This document shows, one piece after another, positions 45,801-60,800 of a stretch of 64,000 nt of DNA. The position numbers and the translations under genes were made by a program. The DNA comes from Balanoglossus misakiensis. Taxonomy: Eukaryota; Animalia; Hemichordata. Location: contig CM082577.2 in NCBI GenBank assembly GCA_040954595.2, positions 10,565,846-10,629,845 on the forward strand. The letters run 5' to 3'. Under the pieces are notes generated by a model. It made no database searches and was not told where the DNA came from. It saw only the letters and a program-made list of their open reading frames with translations. The stretch's first letter is position 1. Each line of letters opens with the position of its first letter.

Positions 45801-48800
45801 ATCATCAGCAAAGACTGCACCATCATCAACAGATGAATTTGCCAATTCTTTAAAACAAATTTGGACATTTTTGACATTTCTAAAGAATAAAACAGAAAAA
45901 TAGTCCAACTACATAGAAAACTATAGATATCCATAGAAATTTTAGGAACACTGTTAGAAATTCTATTAATTTCTCTAGATATTTGTAAAATGTCATCATG
46001 GGGACTTTACATTTGACTTTTGCACAAATTATGATTCAATTTTTCTTGAGAAATATCGAAGAAATACATGACAGTGTATTTCTTTAAATTTTCACTGCCA
46101 ATCACAGTAAATGTCACGAAATCCCCCCACCCCCTGAACAAAATTTAATACTGACCTTGATGGTTCCATTCCTAGCACCTGATATGAGTTTTCGGAGGCT
46201 GCCATCGAATGCCATACAAGTAATTTCTTCATCTCCGTGAGCATTGGACAGTACATGGTTTTTGCTACCGGTTTCAATGTCCCACACTGCTATGGAAGAG
46301 TCATCAGCCCCGGTTACAACCTGGAAAAAGATTAAGGTGGTCACTTTTTTAGCCGCGTTCAAATCATGCATTAAACTTTGATTTACCACAAATTTCTTGA
46401 AACCAGCAACTGAATGCACACTCACTTATTTCCGTGCAGCTCCATGATTGGTTGAAAACAAACATTATGTTCAAAACCAACCAATTACAGTCACTGAAAC
46501 AATAAACGGCACCCAGCACACCGACCTACATATTTATTTATAAACTTCAAGTTGATTGGTCTGAAGTGCACACTGTGCATGAAACTGACCAATCACAACT
46601 ACTGAGACATAACCTACCTGTTTAAAATGGGAGTTGTACATGGCAGCACACAGTTGAGTTGAGTGAGTGGTGGCCTGTTTGGTCTTCTTGGGCTCCGCCT
46701 TCCCCATTCTCAGACTCGCGATGTAGTCACCGCAACAGACCACCAGACTATTCACGGGAGGACTTTGTAAATATATTGAAAATGGCCCAAATTCGGGCAT
46801 TCTAGCATTTTGTATGCATGGGAATTTGATAATAACAGTTTGTAAACAGGTGTGTTCCTTGATGTCCCAAACTTTGACAATCTGGAAAATAGGAAGAAGA
46901 TCATAAAATAACATTAGTTATCACATATCATCAATTTTTAATCACTGAAATTTGTGATTTGTATCAGAATCTAAAATTCAACAGCCGTTTAATGCACATC
47001 ATACAGTATTGACGAGTTTGATAAAGTTCTGCTAAAAGGTTTTTGATGTAGTACATATTATAGACCTAATGGACAAATGAAATTACGTCATTTTTGAAAT
47101 AGAGTACATTTGACAAATCTTCACTCACAGCCTTGATTCAGTATTGTGTCCATAACACCACTAAAAACTAAAGACAAAATATATAATCTATTCACAAAAA
47201 ATTAGTGACCCTTCCTGCTAAATTGTTCAAGAATTAAATAATAACCCAAATTTTATTCAAATTTAAAAGAAAAATGTTTAAACTCAAAGATTGGGTGATT
47301 TGTTAAGGTGTGCATAAAATGGTGATGTATGGCAGCACAACTGTGAGAAGGCGTGTTTCTAGATGTCACAGTTACTTACAGCCTCTTTGCAGTAACTAAA
47401 CACCATCTCCAGATCCTCGTGGATGCAGACATCGACCACAGCAACTTGGTGGCCACGAAGAAGAGCGACCGGTTTCTCGGTTACGTACGGATTCCAAAGT
47501 CGTACATAGTGATCCACGTTACCAGTGGCTATGATGTTCAGCTGTTTGTTGTAATCGTAACATTCTACACCCTGTGTGTGTGGGGGGGGGGGGGGGGGGG
47601 GGGAGGAAAGAAATTAGATGCTAAAATCCATATTTTGATGTGTTGAACAATGTCTGATTTATAATCAATATCATTTGTTCCTTTCTTGCAATATTGCCTG
47701 GGTTGCATAAAAAATCCAAGATGTGACAAAAAAATTGTCACGGTGCTATACAACAGACATAGAATAAACACAAGGATGATGTTTTCTGCAATTTATCAGC
47801 TTGGATCACAGTTTCTACAAATCTCATTTAAAGGTATACTGTCACCTATGCAAATATAGCTACAGTTACATGGCAAATTGAGATCTAGATGTGGGTGGCA
47901 CACGCGAAAAAAAGAATGCCACCATATGTTCTATAGAACACTCAAATATATCATTTCTGGCATATATGCATGGGCGTACTGTATATAAATTTAACCTTTT
48001 CACCGCCATATTCCTGTATATGGAGAGGTTCAACTTTTCCATAGAAAACAATGGATTTGGCAGTGAAAGGGGTTACAGATCTCAAAGAACATGGGGCTAA
48101 AATGACTGGTCACTAAAAAGAGCCATTTCACAATTTACTCACTTTACTCATTTTAAAGACGTAGGTCTTCTTTTTCCCCTGTACATCTTGCATGACCAAC
48201 GAAGTCGTGCTGCTTCCACTCGACGACAGAATAAAATCATTGTCCGGTAAATATTTCACTTTTCTCACCATCTCAGAATGGATGTTGCCGATGACAACGT
48301 GTTTCAGATGCTTGCTGTGGAGAGGTAGATCCTGAGAAAACAAATGAAGTTTTAATAATTTTGATAGCAACCAAAATTCAGTTTTTTGTAGGAATGCCTG
48401 GCCCTCACACAACTTTAACTAACAATTTGGGATCCTCTCTTTCCTTGACAATGAACACTTTTCATAATTTGAAATAATTTCATGGAACAGTATTAAACAA
48501 CCCACAAAACAAAAAGTAGATAAAACTTATTCATTTAATTCAACTATATGTATTGAGAATTTTTAATGATTTTTTAAGAAGTGAAATTGTTTGAAACCCA
48601 CAATAAGTTGTAAGCATGAACAGCAAAATAACATTTTCAATATAATACAGAGCATCATAGTCTTTGACTTGTTTTTGATCCACTTCTAACCAAACAAAAT
48701 AGACTTGTTGCAATGGTATCACTGTTCCTACAACTTTAGATGGTAGATTGTGTGCACAAAAAGGCAACAAGAGAAGACTGGTAGCTAAAACAGTTACAAA

Positions 48801-51800
48801 GACTTATTACAAACAGATTTGAACTGAAGAGTACAGCTTATATAACTGAAAAACATGACATGCAAATATTGTCAGAAAAATTCTGTCTGCACTGGCCACT
48901 TGTACACTATGAACAGCATTCTACTGTCAGCAAAAATTAAGAGCAAATTAATTCCCACAGAATTACCTGCATCCAGATCTTCTGGACTCCGCCTTCGTTT
49001 TTGAACGGTTTGGCAAAGAGACTGTTTTGTGGTTTCAGAAAGTAGAATAAATGAATTGTTCCCAGGTCATCACCAAACAGAAGAAGAGACTTGCCATGTG
49101 GATGCTAAAAGAGAAAATAAATAATCAAATGATTTCAATGCCCCGTGACAATGTATTTTACATACCCAACACCAAAATGCATGATCTTTTGATTAGCAGA
49201 AAATATGACCTTCTTTGACTCCATTGTGAATAGCGCCCTCACACGAATCCCACAAACTATTTTTTAATTCTTCAAACAGACACTCCCTTCAGAGAACAAC
49301 GCTTGCTATTTTCATCAAAGTTTTGGTTTGAAAATTAACATCATGTGCTTGAAATTTCGAAGAAAGAAAAATTATCACAAGCCGATAATTGTAACAGTTG
49401 TCTTCAGTTTTATTCTCATGAACAAAAGACAGAAGGCTTGTGAAATACAGTTTAATGACAGAGAAACTGTCGGCTATTAGCTTTTAACAAACACATCCTG
49501 ACCTCTTTTACAAGAATAGGTATCAAATCATTATTTTTTTTGTCATTTTTTTCAAGATTTGGTCAAGTTGCTGCTGATTTGATACAACTTCAATATTAAG
49601 CGATCACTGGTGATCACCAAACTAAGATCAGAACATCAACTGATAAATTCCCTTTTTGTCTCTTACCTTTTTGTCATACCAGTAATCCAGACACGTTGGC
49701 ACATCGTTTAAAGCTGTCAAAAATTGACAAATTCAAACTTTTAATTGCAAAATATCTGCAGATTTTTACCTCTGAGTAGAAACTTTTCTCAACTGTTCTA
49801 AGAAGACATGTCCAATCTCAAGCAATCTTTGAAGATAGATACTCTAAGAGAATAACTCCACCAACCACAACTTGGCTACACTCCATAGCGTTGAATTACA
49901 AATCTGGACCCATACATCTGAAAATGGGACTGAACGGGCTAGACTTTGAACTTCAAGGTAAATTTTCATATTCCGCAACTCATCACAAGAAAGACAGACT
50001 TACCAAATAAATGAAATTCTTCAAAACAATTAGCAGTCGACACATCCCAGACCCGTATATCTCTACTGGTTGAAGATATTGCTAATTTACCAAGATTGGG
50101 CATATAGACAGCGTCTGTGTACCATGTCTTAAATCTCCTTTTGTTGGCCCTCGGATTATCATCATCTGTCTTGATTTCGTACGATTTCTCGAGATGGAGA
50201 TTGGTATCGAAAATTCCCATCATTCCTTCCTGTTAGAATGAAAGTGAGAGAAGCTGAACATTTCTCCCTTCAAAATGAAAATACCCCCAGTAGATTTTGT
50301 TGCTATTTTAAGTAAACACAGCTTACTATTTTCATATCAAATCGAGAATAATTTTTTTAGAGAGACTGAAATTTATGCAAATTCAAAATGGTCACCACAT
50401 CCTGAAATAATCCAGCAGACACAGATTAGGACTGATTTTCTTGAAAGTCAGATATTAAAAAATCTTATTTTAAGATTGAAAGTTTGTAACAGTTACAGGG
50501 ATAAGTCAAAGTGCAGTTGAAAGTTTCACTTTGCTTTGACATATAAAAAAAGAAGAAAAAACTAGGATATCTTTTCTGAACACCAGAAAGACACCACAGT
50601 ACTTCTTTCAATGGTTACATGATACATTGTCTTGCTAGGGGCGTTTCCCGACTTGTTTCTTTCTATTCACGAGTTCTATTGATGTTAGAGACCAAACGAA
50701 AGCGATATCACGCTGACACCGTCTGTATGCAACTGTCACTCAGAAAGCAATCCTTGACAACAAGACGGAATGTGACCAGGTCATCCAACCACATGCTGGA
50801 CGACAATCCTTGACTACAATGTATACACACTGATGTGTTTTCTGATTATAATTCACCAATTGCAGAAACATTCACCGATAAAATATCATACATATTTTTC
50901 AATATTTCATAATCATAGATATTGTCAAAGTTAACGTTTATGAATGAACTACAAGATATTATTTTTTTTTTTGGTATTAAACAAAATTGATTTTTTTAAT
51001 TTGTGCTACCACACAGAAAAGATCAAATATCTTCCCATTCACTTCAGAAACTGTTCAAGTTTAATTCATCTTGACAATTAAAAACCATAATTTTTTTTAA
51101 TCCATCAGGATTCCATGAAGGCCTACCAAATTAGTCCCCACTGTCCTTTTGAAGTCGACTGACTTGCAGAATCACAGAGAAGAGAATTGAGGCCAAGCCA
51201 TGAAACATGAAGGGTACAATCTCCTTTTGTGTGATCACAATATAATTCATTGCAACAAAAGTAACTGTCAACCACTGACATATTAAAAGTTCCATTTTTG
51301 TGCATTTTATTTAAATGGTCTTGATTTTTTATAAGCTGCCCCTTGTGATTCTTCTGACCATCCCCAGTCATAAATATTAAATAATGGCCTTTCATAATAC
51401 AAATAAACTTTTGTAACACCCAATCAATTAAAACCTGGACTTTGAAACATTCACAAAGAATGGCAACTCACTCGTAGCAAGCTGACTTTTTATTTCTTTT
51501 GAAGAAGACTGTTATATTAAAGTGCATTGGGCTACGGGGCAAATCTGACAATGCACTGCTTTCAAAGGCATGGGTTCGCACAATGGTGCCCTTTGGGGGC
51601 GAGTGTTTAATAGCGTGTAATATTGGTTGGGTCTATTGGGAGGAAAAGTTGAACTACATCATAAAGATGGGTCACCCCCCATTGTTAGCGATTTTTTTTC
51701 TTTAAGGCCGTCGTTTTGTTCTGGACAGTACGGTCTCTATTGTTGGCTGACCTCGTTTGAACCAAAGGACGTAGTCTGCCATCTTCACTGACACTGACTG

Positions 51801-54800
51801 AGCTGGTGATTGACAAAATATTTTATGATTCAGGTCATCAGACTGAGTATGGGATTTTGAAAATCTGTGAACAGCGATATTAGAGTATATGGCTGTGGAG
51901 ACGAGTTCAACAGTGATGCACCATAAGTGGGTTACAGAGAAGTTAGCCTAGCTGAGTCAACACCAGCATGCAGACACAACCCTGTTACTGTTATTCAAGA
52001 TAACTGTTAGCGTTGAATGGGACAATACACAAAGGTGACTCCAAAGTCAGTTGCTATGCACAGGCACGCTTCCCCCCCCCCCCCCCAACCCAAACGCCGG
52101 TTCCATTCTCAACAGCAAGGGTCATCTTTGTTGACTGTCGAATTAACACCCCAAAAAACGCTTGTGGGTGGTTGTCACGGTTACGGCAGTGTCGCCATGG
52201 CGATGCGACCCTTGATTACCAACAATGCCACGGCATTGTTGCCTAGGCTGCGGCCACACTTGTTTCTGCGAACGCTCGCGGAAAATAAAAAGAAGCGTCA
52301 CAGTTTAAAGTAGGGATCGATTCATCCATTCATGCCGGAATAAGAAACTCTCCGGGATTCTACTTTAAGTCAACAACCACCGGCAGACAAAGAGACAATT
52401 CCTTTCAGGGTGCATTTGTTCGTCCCAGGGAGGAACATTTTTCGTGCACACGCAAGGTTTTTTGTTTCAGATTCCGTCTGACCCTGCCAGACCCTTTCCT
52501 CTTTATCTAAAGCCTGGGATTAAAATGTTCATACAACATTGACAGACAAAGTGAAGTAAATGTCACTCAAAGAATCAAAGAACACCAAGTCAAAAATTGA
52601 GGCCACAGCTGGTCCCACTGCAGAAGTGTATCAACTTGTAACGTCTCCTAAAACATCGGAAATCACACCTTGATCGTCAATTCAGAATGTTAAGTTCACT
52701 CAAATGAAAATCATCATGCTAATGAGACAATGAAGAATTCCACATAATGTATACAAAGTATGAGCAGTCCATCCGCCCTGTCATAAGTATAACTTGGACA
52801 TTCTGCTAACACAGTAACAGAATTTGAAGGGAGACAATCGTTATCCAAATATGCATAACTGATCTCTCAAACAGACAGCGCCTATAAAGTAAAGACTGCC
52901 ACCTGGCCCCTTGACATGCTACCATTTCCAAATTTACAAACATACAATAAACAAATTAATTTTATCTTGACCGTCCTGTAAGCACACAGAGAACTTTGAA
53001 AAACAAACCGATCAATTTTCGCCCTCAATCTGGAGTCAGAAACATGTGAGGAAACTTGGACAACACCCTGGGTGATATCATGAGAATTGCGATCACCATG
53101 TTTACATGCATCTCCGCGGAAACGACGGGCCTTATCTAAGGAAGAAATATGGTTTTCTACCCGGCTATCAATCACTGTGTCATTTGCACAGTCTAGAATT
53201 AACAGCTTCTTTCAGCTTGGTGAGTGATAACAAAAGCACCACCGGATTAAGGATAGAGGGTTCTCCATTTTCCACTCAAATAAACTGACACGGGCAAAAT
53301 GCATTTCCAGCAGGCAAAATGAAAATAATATACCCACATACGTTTCTTTCTTTTATCATTTCCATGGAAATTTAATCCTATTTCTTGAATTACATCCAAG
53401 GAAACAATCTTGTATCTTTCAATGTTTCCACGGTTACTGTCATTTTGATTAATGAGTTATGTTGAATATTAAAGAGGGGTAACAATTTGCTTGGCATTAA
53501 AATTGGAATTCCGTTCTGAGCATAAGCTTCCAACTATGGCAGGACTGTTCTAAACAAAATTAAATTAAATATCCCAATCTTGCGTTTCATTACAGCATGT
53601 GTTGCAGGATTTAAATTTGAGTTTTTACAACAATGCATGATATCACAAAAGCAAGGTACATATTGGTGTGGTACAAACAAATTTATTTTTTTACAATAAC
53701 TGAGCCGCTTGGTAATTTATCAAGATTTTAAATTAATTTCAGACCTCAAGCATTTCATATTAAAACGTTTAAACATCACATGAATTCATCAACATTAGAA
53801 ATCTCTTCTGATCCAAACAACACGAGTCTGAGATTTTTAATGAAGTATGCAGAGAAACGTTCTGAGGCCCTCTAAAACCATTAGCCAAAATATGCGAGAA
53901 GTGTTAAGATTTAATGAATTCTTACCTTGCTCAGATTGACATATCTGGTGGGATTGTCTGTTGCTAGAACTCGTATCGTGCATTCTTGCTGTAACAAGTG
54001 AAAACAGAATGCTGTTAATAATAGCTAAACCCCACCAGTCTAGACAGAGTGAACACTTTCATTTGGTTGACCGTTTTTCGATCTTTTGAAATAAACCCAC
54101 TATTAAACTTAATTAAAATATCCATGCCAATGTGAAGCAAAGGTACAATTTCTAGAAAAAAAATGTCAGCATAATTTTTCTTCTTAAAATTTAACGACAG
54201 CCAATTTAAAGACAGCCTTTTATTTTTTTAATTGGATTTGGTTCAATGACTTGGCACCCCAGAGACAATACATTGTCCATTTCCCATTTTCTTTTCTCCA
54301 ATATTTCATTTTCTGAAAAATATGCATAATTATTCAAAGTTTGTGTTGTTTAACACCATGTGAGAAAAATTTTAATAATCAAGAGTTTCATCGAAATTAT
54401 TTTATTAAAATGTTTCAGTCGCAGTGCAAACCAATTGTTGATAACGAATTACCTTGACACCTCTGTAATAATTACTTGTTAGGGCAAATGCAATAACAGG
54501 AAATATTATTTAATTCAAATTTGGACAATTTTTCCAGCAAAGTGACTATTTCCTCTTCCTGTTGTCCCGGTAACTGGGGAAAAGTACATAAGCTAAGAAT
54601 TTTCATTAAAAAAACTGTCAATCTCAAAGGGACAATTGTGAAATAGAATATATTTTGTATGGTTGTCAAATACAGATGCTGGCCGCTCAACAAAAGTTTT
54701 CCTGAAATTGCAGCGAGGGAGTATTGGCACAATCGTAGCAAATGAGAAAATTCATTGTATGATGATTTGATTGATAATGCTCTCTAAATTTGAATGCTGC

Positions 54801-57800
54801 AAAAAATACGATTAAATTTCATTTCAAGCAAACTGGACAATGTACAAGCTCACTCTCTCTGCAACCCCGTCTCCAAAAGCACTAGGTATTCCTACGATAA
54901 TATCATCTTTTGTGTGGAAATGACGGTTTTCCACAAAAAAAGACAATCTGACTGTGTGTGTTTGTGGGAGTTTATTTTTGGAGTTTAAAAACCAGTGTGT
55001 CAGGAATTTGGAGTGACACAACTTACTGTAAAACACTTTATTTTCGCGAGCAATAAATTTTCGCAAAATACGCTAGAGCCAAAATAGCGTGAAAATAAAA
55101 AGTCGCGTAATTTTTTTTGAAGATAACGAAGCAGTGAATGAAATAAGAGAACGCGAAAAATAATACTCGCGAAACAGTGGCCTCTCTCAATATCGCGAAA
55201 ATAAAGTGTTTCACAGTATTCATCCAAATTGCCTGATCATGATTAAAACTCACCCGGTTATGCACAATGTGTCGGATCCGTGGTTCATTCACAAACGGAA
55301 TATCCTTCCGCGTTCTCAGGAAATCATTTTCCCGATACTGCATGAGCATGTAGGTGCAAAACTCATTCCAATCGACGAGACCATCGGCAGAGGTGTCCAC
55401 CTTGGAGACGCAACAAAAGAAAATCCCATCAGGGGAAAATGTTTCCATGGCAACCGGCTTTTAAGACGACACTGAGTGATAAACGGGGATAGACTGAGCA
55501 ATCTATGTAAGGTCACTGTTTAATTGGATCATTTCATGGGTGTATTGACTGAAATCTTTTGGCACGCCATCACTCATAAATTACTGTCTTCTGCAATTTC
55601 TATTTTTCATCATCCATAAAAGCACATGCAGTCAGAACAACAATGCGTGACATATTTTCAAAAATGGTGGGAAACGTCACCTACTTTTACTATTTGTGGC
55701 ATATTGTAATTCTGTTAAAAACAATTTACCGAAAATTTACGACTTTTTCTCAAATTACAGTCTAAAATTCAAAATCCTAGAAAACCCCACTGTACTGATT
55801 CAAGAAATAGCATTGTCAGATTTCTTTGGAATTGATATCATTTTTCTGCTGTATATATCTAATAGCACATATCATTTCTTCATGAAATGGGCACAAACTG
55901 TATTTTAAGAGCTTGCCTTAGAGAAATCAAAACCTGAATAATTCAATCAAGACTAGAAATTTTGAATTCAAATTATTTTTCTGCTGCCAATATCTTAGTG
56001 TATATCATTTCTTTATGAGATAGACACAAATTGTGTTTTAGGAGCTTTTTTGAAACTAAAAACGGATGAAATATTTTACCTTAGCAAACAAGGACTCCAT
56101 TTGATCATTCCAATCATCAGTTCCCAGCATTCCAGCAATTGTGGCTTTGAATTCCTCAAGCGTCATATTTCCTGGTTCTCGATCCATCTTTGTCGGTGAC
56201 TGCTGTGCATTTCTTTCCCTTTCCAGTGAGTGCGTGCTTGGCCGATGTTCGGCAAACTTTCGCATCAACGTCTCCAAGTGATGGAGGTTGATGTGTTCCT
56301 CAAAACGGATATTTTTATCTTGGAAACTGCAAAAAGAAAAGCGAGAAGATATGCCATACATTAGATTTTCTTTCCAAGAGACAACAGGGGTCTGATGACT
56401 GGCAATTCTGCATGTCTCAAGTATAAAACAGAACAAAAAACAGAACAAAACAAGAGGAACAAAAAATATAAAACAACAGTAAATGGTAACTTGATCCCAG
56501 TAAGTACCCAGTAATCCTTAATATTAACCTTTGAAACCAAATTAATAATTGTGCATCGATTCCCATGAGTTCAAGAGATCAGTTTACACAGATTACTACA
56601 TTCTTCCATCCATACATGTCATCGCTAAGTTCATCAGATATGCACTTGTTAAATGGAGACATTTGTGAATTTGTGAAGCCAGCTGTTGTGAAATTTTACA
56701 ACTGAAACGTACAAAGCTGTTTCTGTTTTGGAAATTTCACCAAAACTAGAAAGAAAAATCACGCAAAATATATTATAATAGTAAAGGCGACTTCTGATCA
56801 ACAAAGCCTCAAAAAATCAATTTCTCATAATTTAAAGTCAGTTGTATCATAGAATAACCATTTCCAAATCACACATATACACACCTGCACCCATAGGAAG
56901 TAAATCAAAGGACATAAAGCTGTGACCTGACCTTTTGTACCTCAGCCAAACACAAACACCCAGCAACCAGTATTGATTTTCTTTCCAAACAATTTTTTTT
57001 TTCAATGGCCACTTCTCAAAACAACTCAACAGACTGATGATATATTATTATTATCACACTTTGAAGTGTTCCAAACAAAACTGAGCCGTCAGAAATATGG
57101 TACACTACAGTTTTGAATGAAAGGTAATATGACAGATCCATATAAAGTCGATCGCTACGGTTGCGTGTTGCAACTTTATAGAAATCATAGCTGAGATCTA
57201 CATGGCACGCACAGTATGAGCGTTCTAAATGTGATCTATGACCCCCATTGCCAGTTTATAAAAAAAACTTCAAGTATTATAAAAAATTTAGTACACTAGT
57301 AGTCATCCATTTTTAAAGGTAAATCTGCATTTTAATACACTGCCCTAATTAATGACTAAATTTGGCAACTAAAAATATGACAAGTTATATTAAAAGTATA
57401 GCAGTAATAGTTACAGTATACATAAACAAGAGTTGAAGTATTTCTGAACTAATCTGTATCACAGTTTATTACTTCCAAAAATATAATCTTGATGTCATTT
57501 ATACAGATCTCAACAACTCCAGAAAATCTGAGACAACTTGCCAAAAATACAACAGGATTTCTCTTCAATGATCAGACTCCACTTTGGAACTGCCAATATT
57601 TTAATGATTTTGACCTCGGAAAGGAGGACGCACCCTTATCCATTGCACTCCAAGTCACGTTACGATCTGGAGAAGCAAGAATTCCACTGTCTAAATCGGT
57701 CTGGCACAACAACGGCTAGACAGGTCCCTCAAGGGTCCCCACTTGTTATTTGGAAAACCCTGCCTGGTAACAACCATGCCCGCTGGTTACCCAGATACTC

Positions 57801-60800
57801 TGAAAGTCATGCGGACAATCACTTTGCTAGATTGCACACTATAGGTGCTGAACTACATGCTATATATGCATTTAACATTTTGTTTGTTTCTGCATTCTGG
57901 TTCTTTCTTGTTTGTTTGTTTGCTTGTTTGTTTGTTAAATCTACCTTGGGACAAGAATGACCAAAATACATGCAGTTACCCACACTTGAATTTCCCATGA
58001 TAGACCAGACATTGATACCCTAATAGCTCGGACAGCCTATTCAGCCTGTAGCTGTTTGATTTTGATAAGCTCCCTAAAAATAGACTTCAGATGATCACAT
58101 GCAGTTCACTGTCAGTCAAAAATGTGGACATGCGATTTGCAAACTTGGCAGAAACAGACAAATTCTGATTTTTTAAAATCAAGATCTTGGTAATTTTAAC
58201 CTACCCAGCAACAACAACAAAAATTCCATTCTGATCAAAACATTAAATTTGCATTTTGCATACTTTGAATGAAAGACAGAGAATTTCATTTTTTTCCTGA
58301 ATATTATGGATAGCTCCTGTCAAAGAAACAGGCATAAGTAAAACATTATAAAACATGAAAAATGTTGAGAAAACAACTGTAGCAGCAGTAATTGCTCATA
58401 ATGACTATTTCTAGCAACAGGCAATAGATGTTAGTTTTTCAAATAATTTGCGAGAGAGAAAAAAATAGATATCTGTCAAATATGTTTTAAATCTTCCACA
58501 GACCTAATCTAAATACTATAAAATTCGATGCTATATTGGAATTCCACAAGTTAACCAACATCACAACCACTTAACCCTTGACGTTTTCATTCGGTTTCCA
58601 GTCGATTGACAAAACGGAGCAATTTGTTTGACGAGTGTCTGGTGGTGTGTCTGCAAAAAAAACTGTTTGCAGGTGGGGGCTATTCACACCCAATCAGCCA
58701 TAAAATGAGATTACCTCTTTAACGGCTAATAGCCGCCAATTTTCTCACTTTTCCAAAGAGGAAATGTGATCGTGAAATTGCTGTTTGTTTTCAAAGAGGT
58801 GAAGTGGCAGCAAAGTGGGTCCGATTACTTAGAGAGGAATTGATGTGCATTTGTGATTATAAGCCAGAGATGATTTGCACTGATGCAGGGCTGGGCAATT
58901 ATCAGATCTCAGCTATCAAACTTACAATTACAACCAGGCAACTCAGTACTAGACTTGAAACAAGGGAGAGATGACAACGGATAGCTACAATGATCACAAT
59001 TCTGGGATAAGTTCTTTCAGACAGTCTTCATAGAGAGATTTTCCCAGTTTTCTCAAGAAACTGCAGGCCTCAGTAAACATGTTTTGACTTGGCATACTGA
59101 GGCTCGGTAAACAGCATACGGCTGTCTATACCTGAGGGAATGTGTCACCCAAAATGGGTCTGTTTCTCCAAAGCATTATGAAACACGCCATTTTGGGCTG
59201 TCCTTACAGGCCCAAGGGGAAAGAGACAACATGATGTCACCAAAACATGGCCTGAATTAAAGCAAATGTTTACAATGTACTTTGTATAAAATAACACAAA
59301 TATATCAAGGAATTTACAGGCTGCAACACAACTGGACATCTTCTTTTGAGCATTTCTTCATTATGCACATGTACAGATAATTTCCATGGAAACAGGTATT
59401 CAGAACTGTTACCCTATCAGGCAACAGTTCAAATACTATTGACTACTGCACACACCTACTGCATGTATTAACTTTAAAATTACAGATGCCACATGAAGAA
59501 AGATTCGACCAATCATAGCACAGCAAACAGACAAGGTTTGTTCAATTACACACAGAGTCTTTTTGCAAACACAGGTATCAAAGAGTATCGATTTATAACA
59601 TCAAATTAATAACTACCATACTGTCCTGTCTGCTGTGATTGCTTGGTTCTCGTCATAATCAACAAGATAACACTATAACATACAAACACCTTCTCTAATT
59701 AGAAGCTGTCTTACCCATGTATGTACTTACAATCACTTTGTGGTGCTGTTACAAATACACTTTATGCAGAAAGATATATGGATCTGTTGAACAAACAATT
59801 TTAGCAGACACTAACAAACATTTTTTAATTTCCCCTCCAAAAGACTAATTAATAACATCGTGTCACAGTTGACTGCTAAATTTCCATTGTACACATCCAC
59901 AATAATACTCAGCAAACATATACCACCAATTTGCAAAAAGTAAAAAAAACCAACTGTCTATTATTTAACAAGACCAGTTTGCCCGACCACAAATACCAAC
60001 AAACCAAGACCATCACTAATTGCCCAAATCATTACAAGTCAAGTATTCCACCACTTCAACCGTCATTGTCGTTGACACGTTGTCACGACAACCACCCACT
60101 CCACATCCCAGGGTGCACACAAGCACACACCCATCTCTAAAGAAGCTGTGTACCGATCGACTGCAAATATACAGTCCAAATTAAGTGGCGTCTGCTAAAA
60201 AAACTGTAGAAACAGTTATACAAATGATATACCGTATTTGCAGGGCAAATGTCTATTTTGGCAGAGGTTCAGGCAGAGTCTAAGAATAGAACTGGGCTGT
60301 ATAGCGAGGTCACCGTCTGTAAATGGCATGAGACGAACAGATCAACAGACAGTGATGTTGACCGTGATGGTTGATCTTCACGGTGCGTGAATCTGAAATA
60401 TTCAGATTCGAAGCGAGAATCACCAGAACACGCCTTTCAGGAATCGAGAGTTCTGAGGTCAGAGTGAATTCACAAACACACAAAAACACTTACCGATTCA
60501 TGTTTTCATGTCAAACCACACTTCAGGGTCAGTTTCAAAACTTTTAGCCGATTCGACATTTTTTCGCCGACTCTGCCGACCGACACGACAAGTACCGGCC
60601 AGTGTTTCCACAACAAATGCCACTGACCTTTGTAACGCCGGAATCAGACAACATGTAAGCTCACAACCACTTGAAACTTATTCTCCAATAAGAGATGTTT
60701 TTGAGCCACTGATTGAATGTTATGAAACCCAGATTGCCTGTTCGGCATATCAGTTGATTGAGATACAGCTCTGAGCGTAAAGAATAATCCTTGCCATTGC

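Noticed and set aside
47582-47603. Poly-G run (one of about ten G/C homopolymers) as a G-quadruplex signal
   Set aside because: Such runs are scattered through the window; this one simply serves as the pyrimidine tract of a minus-strand acceptor
47828-47880. TTAAAGGTATACTGTCACCT, a Kolobok-like terminus
   Set aside because: No matching second end found; at most a fragment
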